A stretch of DNA of 64,000 bases. Source: Entomortierella parvispora E1425. Lineage: Eukaryota; Fungi; Mortierellomycota. A model generated the notes under the pieces. The model searched no databases. It was not told where the DNA came from and worked only from the letters and a program-made list of their open reading frames with translations. Position numbers and translations under genes: made by a program. The DNA lies in NCBI GenBank assembly GCA_020891255.1, contig BQFW01000004.1:1240001-1304000 (forward strand), read 5' to 3'. Positions within the stretch are counted from its first letter, which is position 1; every line of letters begins with the position of its first letter. Of the stretch, positions 61,733 through 64,000 are shown piece after piece.

Positions 61733-64000
61733 TCACGCATGTGTTTTTTTTTTTTTTGTATGGAAATGTTCACTCGGTTCTGGCGCGTTTATCCCTCCCA
61801 CCCGCGGCGCGTTGTTGCAGAGCTCTTTGTCTGGGGGGCTGCATTGTATACTGAGTGGCCTTTCAGATGGCTGGAGATTGTTTAATCTTTCCAGAATGTC
61901 GCGTTGTCTCTGGGTCAGCTCTTTGACTGGATCGGGTGTGCTTGTCTTGACACCAGGTGTCCATTGACAATTGCCCTCCCTATCCGTGGGCTGCAAATAG
62001 TCGATTCGCGTAAAGTATGTCATCTGATGTCGGGCGGCATTGGCAATATTGTGGGCCCCGATAACGTCTCTGTGAACCCGAGACCCGCAGTGATTACAGG
62101 CCAATCGCCTCATGTTGATGCGAAACAGGAATCGATGGCAGTGTCTGCGGGGACATTTTGGCGTGTAATATTCATTCACCAGAACTACGACATAACCGAG
62201 TGACCGTAGCTAAAAAGGCAGTATTTGCCAGATCTTTTTGGGGTGGCAGGAATCGAAGTACATGTCATGCTTGTTCAACTTACAACCCGAATAAGATAGG
62301 CAGTAAATGTGCTATCCATGGATTCCAGGCCCTTGTTGTATCTAGACCCGCCTTGTCCTATTGCCACCAAGATCTTTTCATCCGGTCTTCGTCGGCGCCC
62401 GATGCTGCCTCCAAACGACTTCATGATACGGTCTGCCATGATGGCAAACTCGGCTTTCATCGCCTTCAGATCCCAATGCCTTTTCTTGTATTTCTGGCTG
62501 AAGTAAAACGCATTAAGTTTTTCGGCAACCTTTTCCATCTCTTGCATATACTTTGTGCAGGATGCTTGTGGCCCATGCAGTGGCGGAAGATGTCTCAGTA
62601 TATCAGCGATGCTCTCTTCGGTGTCGATTGGTACATTATTGGCGGGTGCAGCATTGGTAGGTGCAACATTGGTAGGTGCCACTGCCACTGGCCGCGATCG
62701 GGAGTGATTTTCCAGACGAAGCTGAGCCTGATGTACAAGTTCTGCTGCTTCCTTCATTTTTACAACAAGAAGAGCTTTGGCGCCCGCAGGAAGCAGTGTT
62801 GATAGCTCTGGATCTGGCGGTCCCGTTGTATGAGTCCTGGGGTTTGTTACCACTGTTGATAGTGCCAGATTCGAGGCAGAAGCTAGGGCACTTGTGGAGG
62901 CCCCTTCTACTGAGGGCGTCGAAAAGGATTGCAAGATTGCTGGGGAGATCAATCCTGGTAACGCCACTGGAGATATTGTTGATGAAGCTATGGTCAATGT
63001 TTCCTCTGCAGCGAGCGGAACTGACCGTAGCATCTTCTTGGACTCCTCCTCAAGCCAGGCGCGATGCTTGAGGATTGGTTGGTATGCAGCTTTCTGACTG
63101 ACGGTAAGGTTGCGAAAGCTCGGGCTGATCGTAGGATCCTCAGCACTGGGGCCGTTCGCAGACTCTGGTAGCAGCACATGCACACCAACAGTAAACCGAT
63201 CCCCAGGATCGATACCAACAACTGTGATGTCGCTTGGGCTGCAGTCGCCGTAGTAACGTTGCACGTCTCCCTCATTCTTGAAGACATGGCGGATCTCGGA
63301 TGGGAAATAGTCGAACCCACGGATAGTGGAGGTTGGAGAGACGGGCATCCGATCTGATGGCAGCCGCTTGTATTTGACCATATTCAGTTCTCGAATCTTG
63401 AAGTTAACGTGGAGCTTCGTTCCGTTTGTAGTAATGGAGCCTTGCAGGTAATAACCCTTGTCCTCGCATGTATTCGGGTCAAAGTCCTCGCTCCCCAGTC
63501 TTTGAAGGTGAGCCTCGAGCTCCAAAGTGTTGGCATCGATGATTTTCGCCTTCATTCCTGGCTTCTTCCGTTCTCGTCTTGAAAGACTGATGGCCCCAGG
63601 TGATTGCCTTCCCACCCATGATTTGGTGTCTTTCAGAGAAGGCTCCCTAGACAAGCCTGCGCCGCCAAGGTCGCCTCGGACCATTTCCTGCAGCTTGGAT
63701 TTTAGGTCAGCATGACACCAGAACAATTGTGCAAGCTGGTGGTCGGTCCATGTGATGTGAGGGTCGCTCAAATGGGTGAGAGGGAAGAACACGTGGATCT
63801 TGCCGACCACAGTGTTTAATCTCCAAAAGTTCTCGATCGCGGACTCATTTTCACGAATTGAATGATCCTCTCCGTGGATGTGAGCGCCGTCCTCTTCGAG
63901 CTGCGTACGATGAAAACAAAAGAACGGATTGTTATTAAACACGCGCTGATAAAATAATCCGGCTCTGCAGCGCGATATCAACATACCCTTTCGCGTTGGA
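61733..64000 (-). CDS. Fanzor (eukaryotic TnpB-like) RuvC nuclease, 5'-truncated by the window edge, intron 62210-62283
   Basis: RuvC-I GIDPG (D 63208-63210); spliced LRSLGYVVVLVNEYYT (E 62171-62173); CPRRHC/CNHC Zn finger; HRDVIGAHNI (D 62066-62068). Confidence 0.9.

Overview
Intron-containing eukaryotic DNA from an early-diverging fungus (Mortierellaceae-like; this assignment is inference from gene and intron style and the transposon families). 1-15450 is a nested transposon pile. It holds chromodomain Ty3/Gypsy elements with 111-119 bp LTRs, ~1.04 kb solo LTRs inserted into each other and into gag with 4-bp CG-centred TSDs, and a 2.7 kb non-autonomous Helitron. 19299-27960 is a complete Mutator-like (MULE) transposon with perfect 140-bp TIRs and a 9-bp TSD. 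It encodes a GCM-domain DDE transposase apparently fused to a Cys-His-Asp peptidase-like domain and a Zn finger, plus a divergent pair of unknown genes. The rest is mostly housekeeping genes: oligopeptidase B-like, HSP104, IST1, RPN11, MIC19, CCT7, MRPL22, UNC93-like MFS, AA5 copper radical oxidase, MRH4-like helicase, ALG14, RPC37, CMTR1-like cap methyltransferase, OST3/6 and WBP11. The top hit is a spliced Fanzor (eukaryotic TnpB-like RNA-guided nuclease) on the minus strand at the right edge, with an intact RuvC D-E-D triad and a structured downstream segment that may be its omegaRNA. Two more decayed Fanzor-like copies are present. One is preceded by an XPG/PIN-like N-terminus and shares an intron position with the main copy. 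Many frameshifts in repeats are single-base indels in homopolymers and may be sequencing errors. All homology calls are from motif recognition, not database searches.
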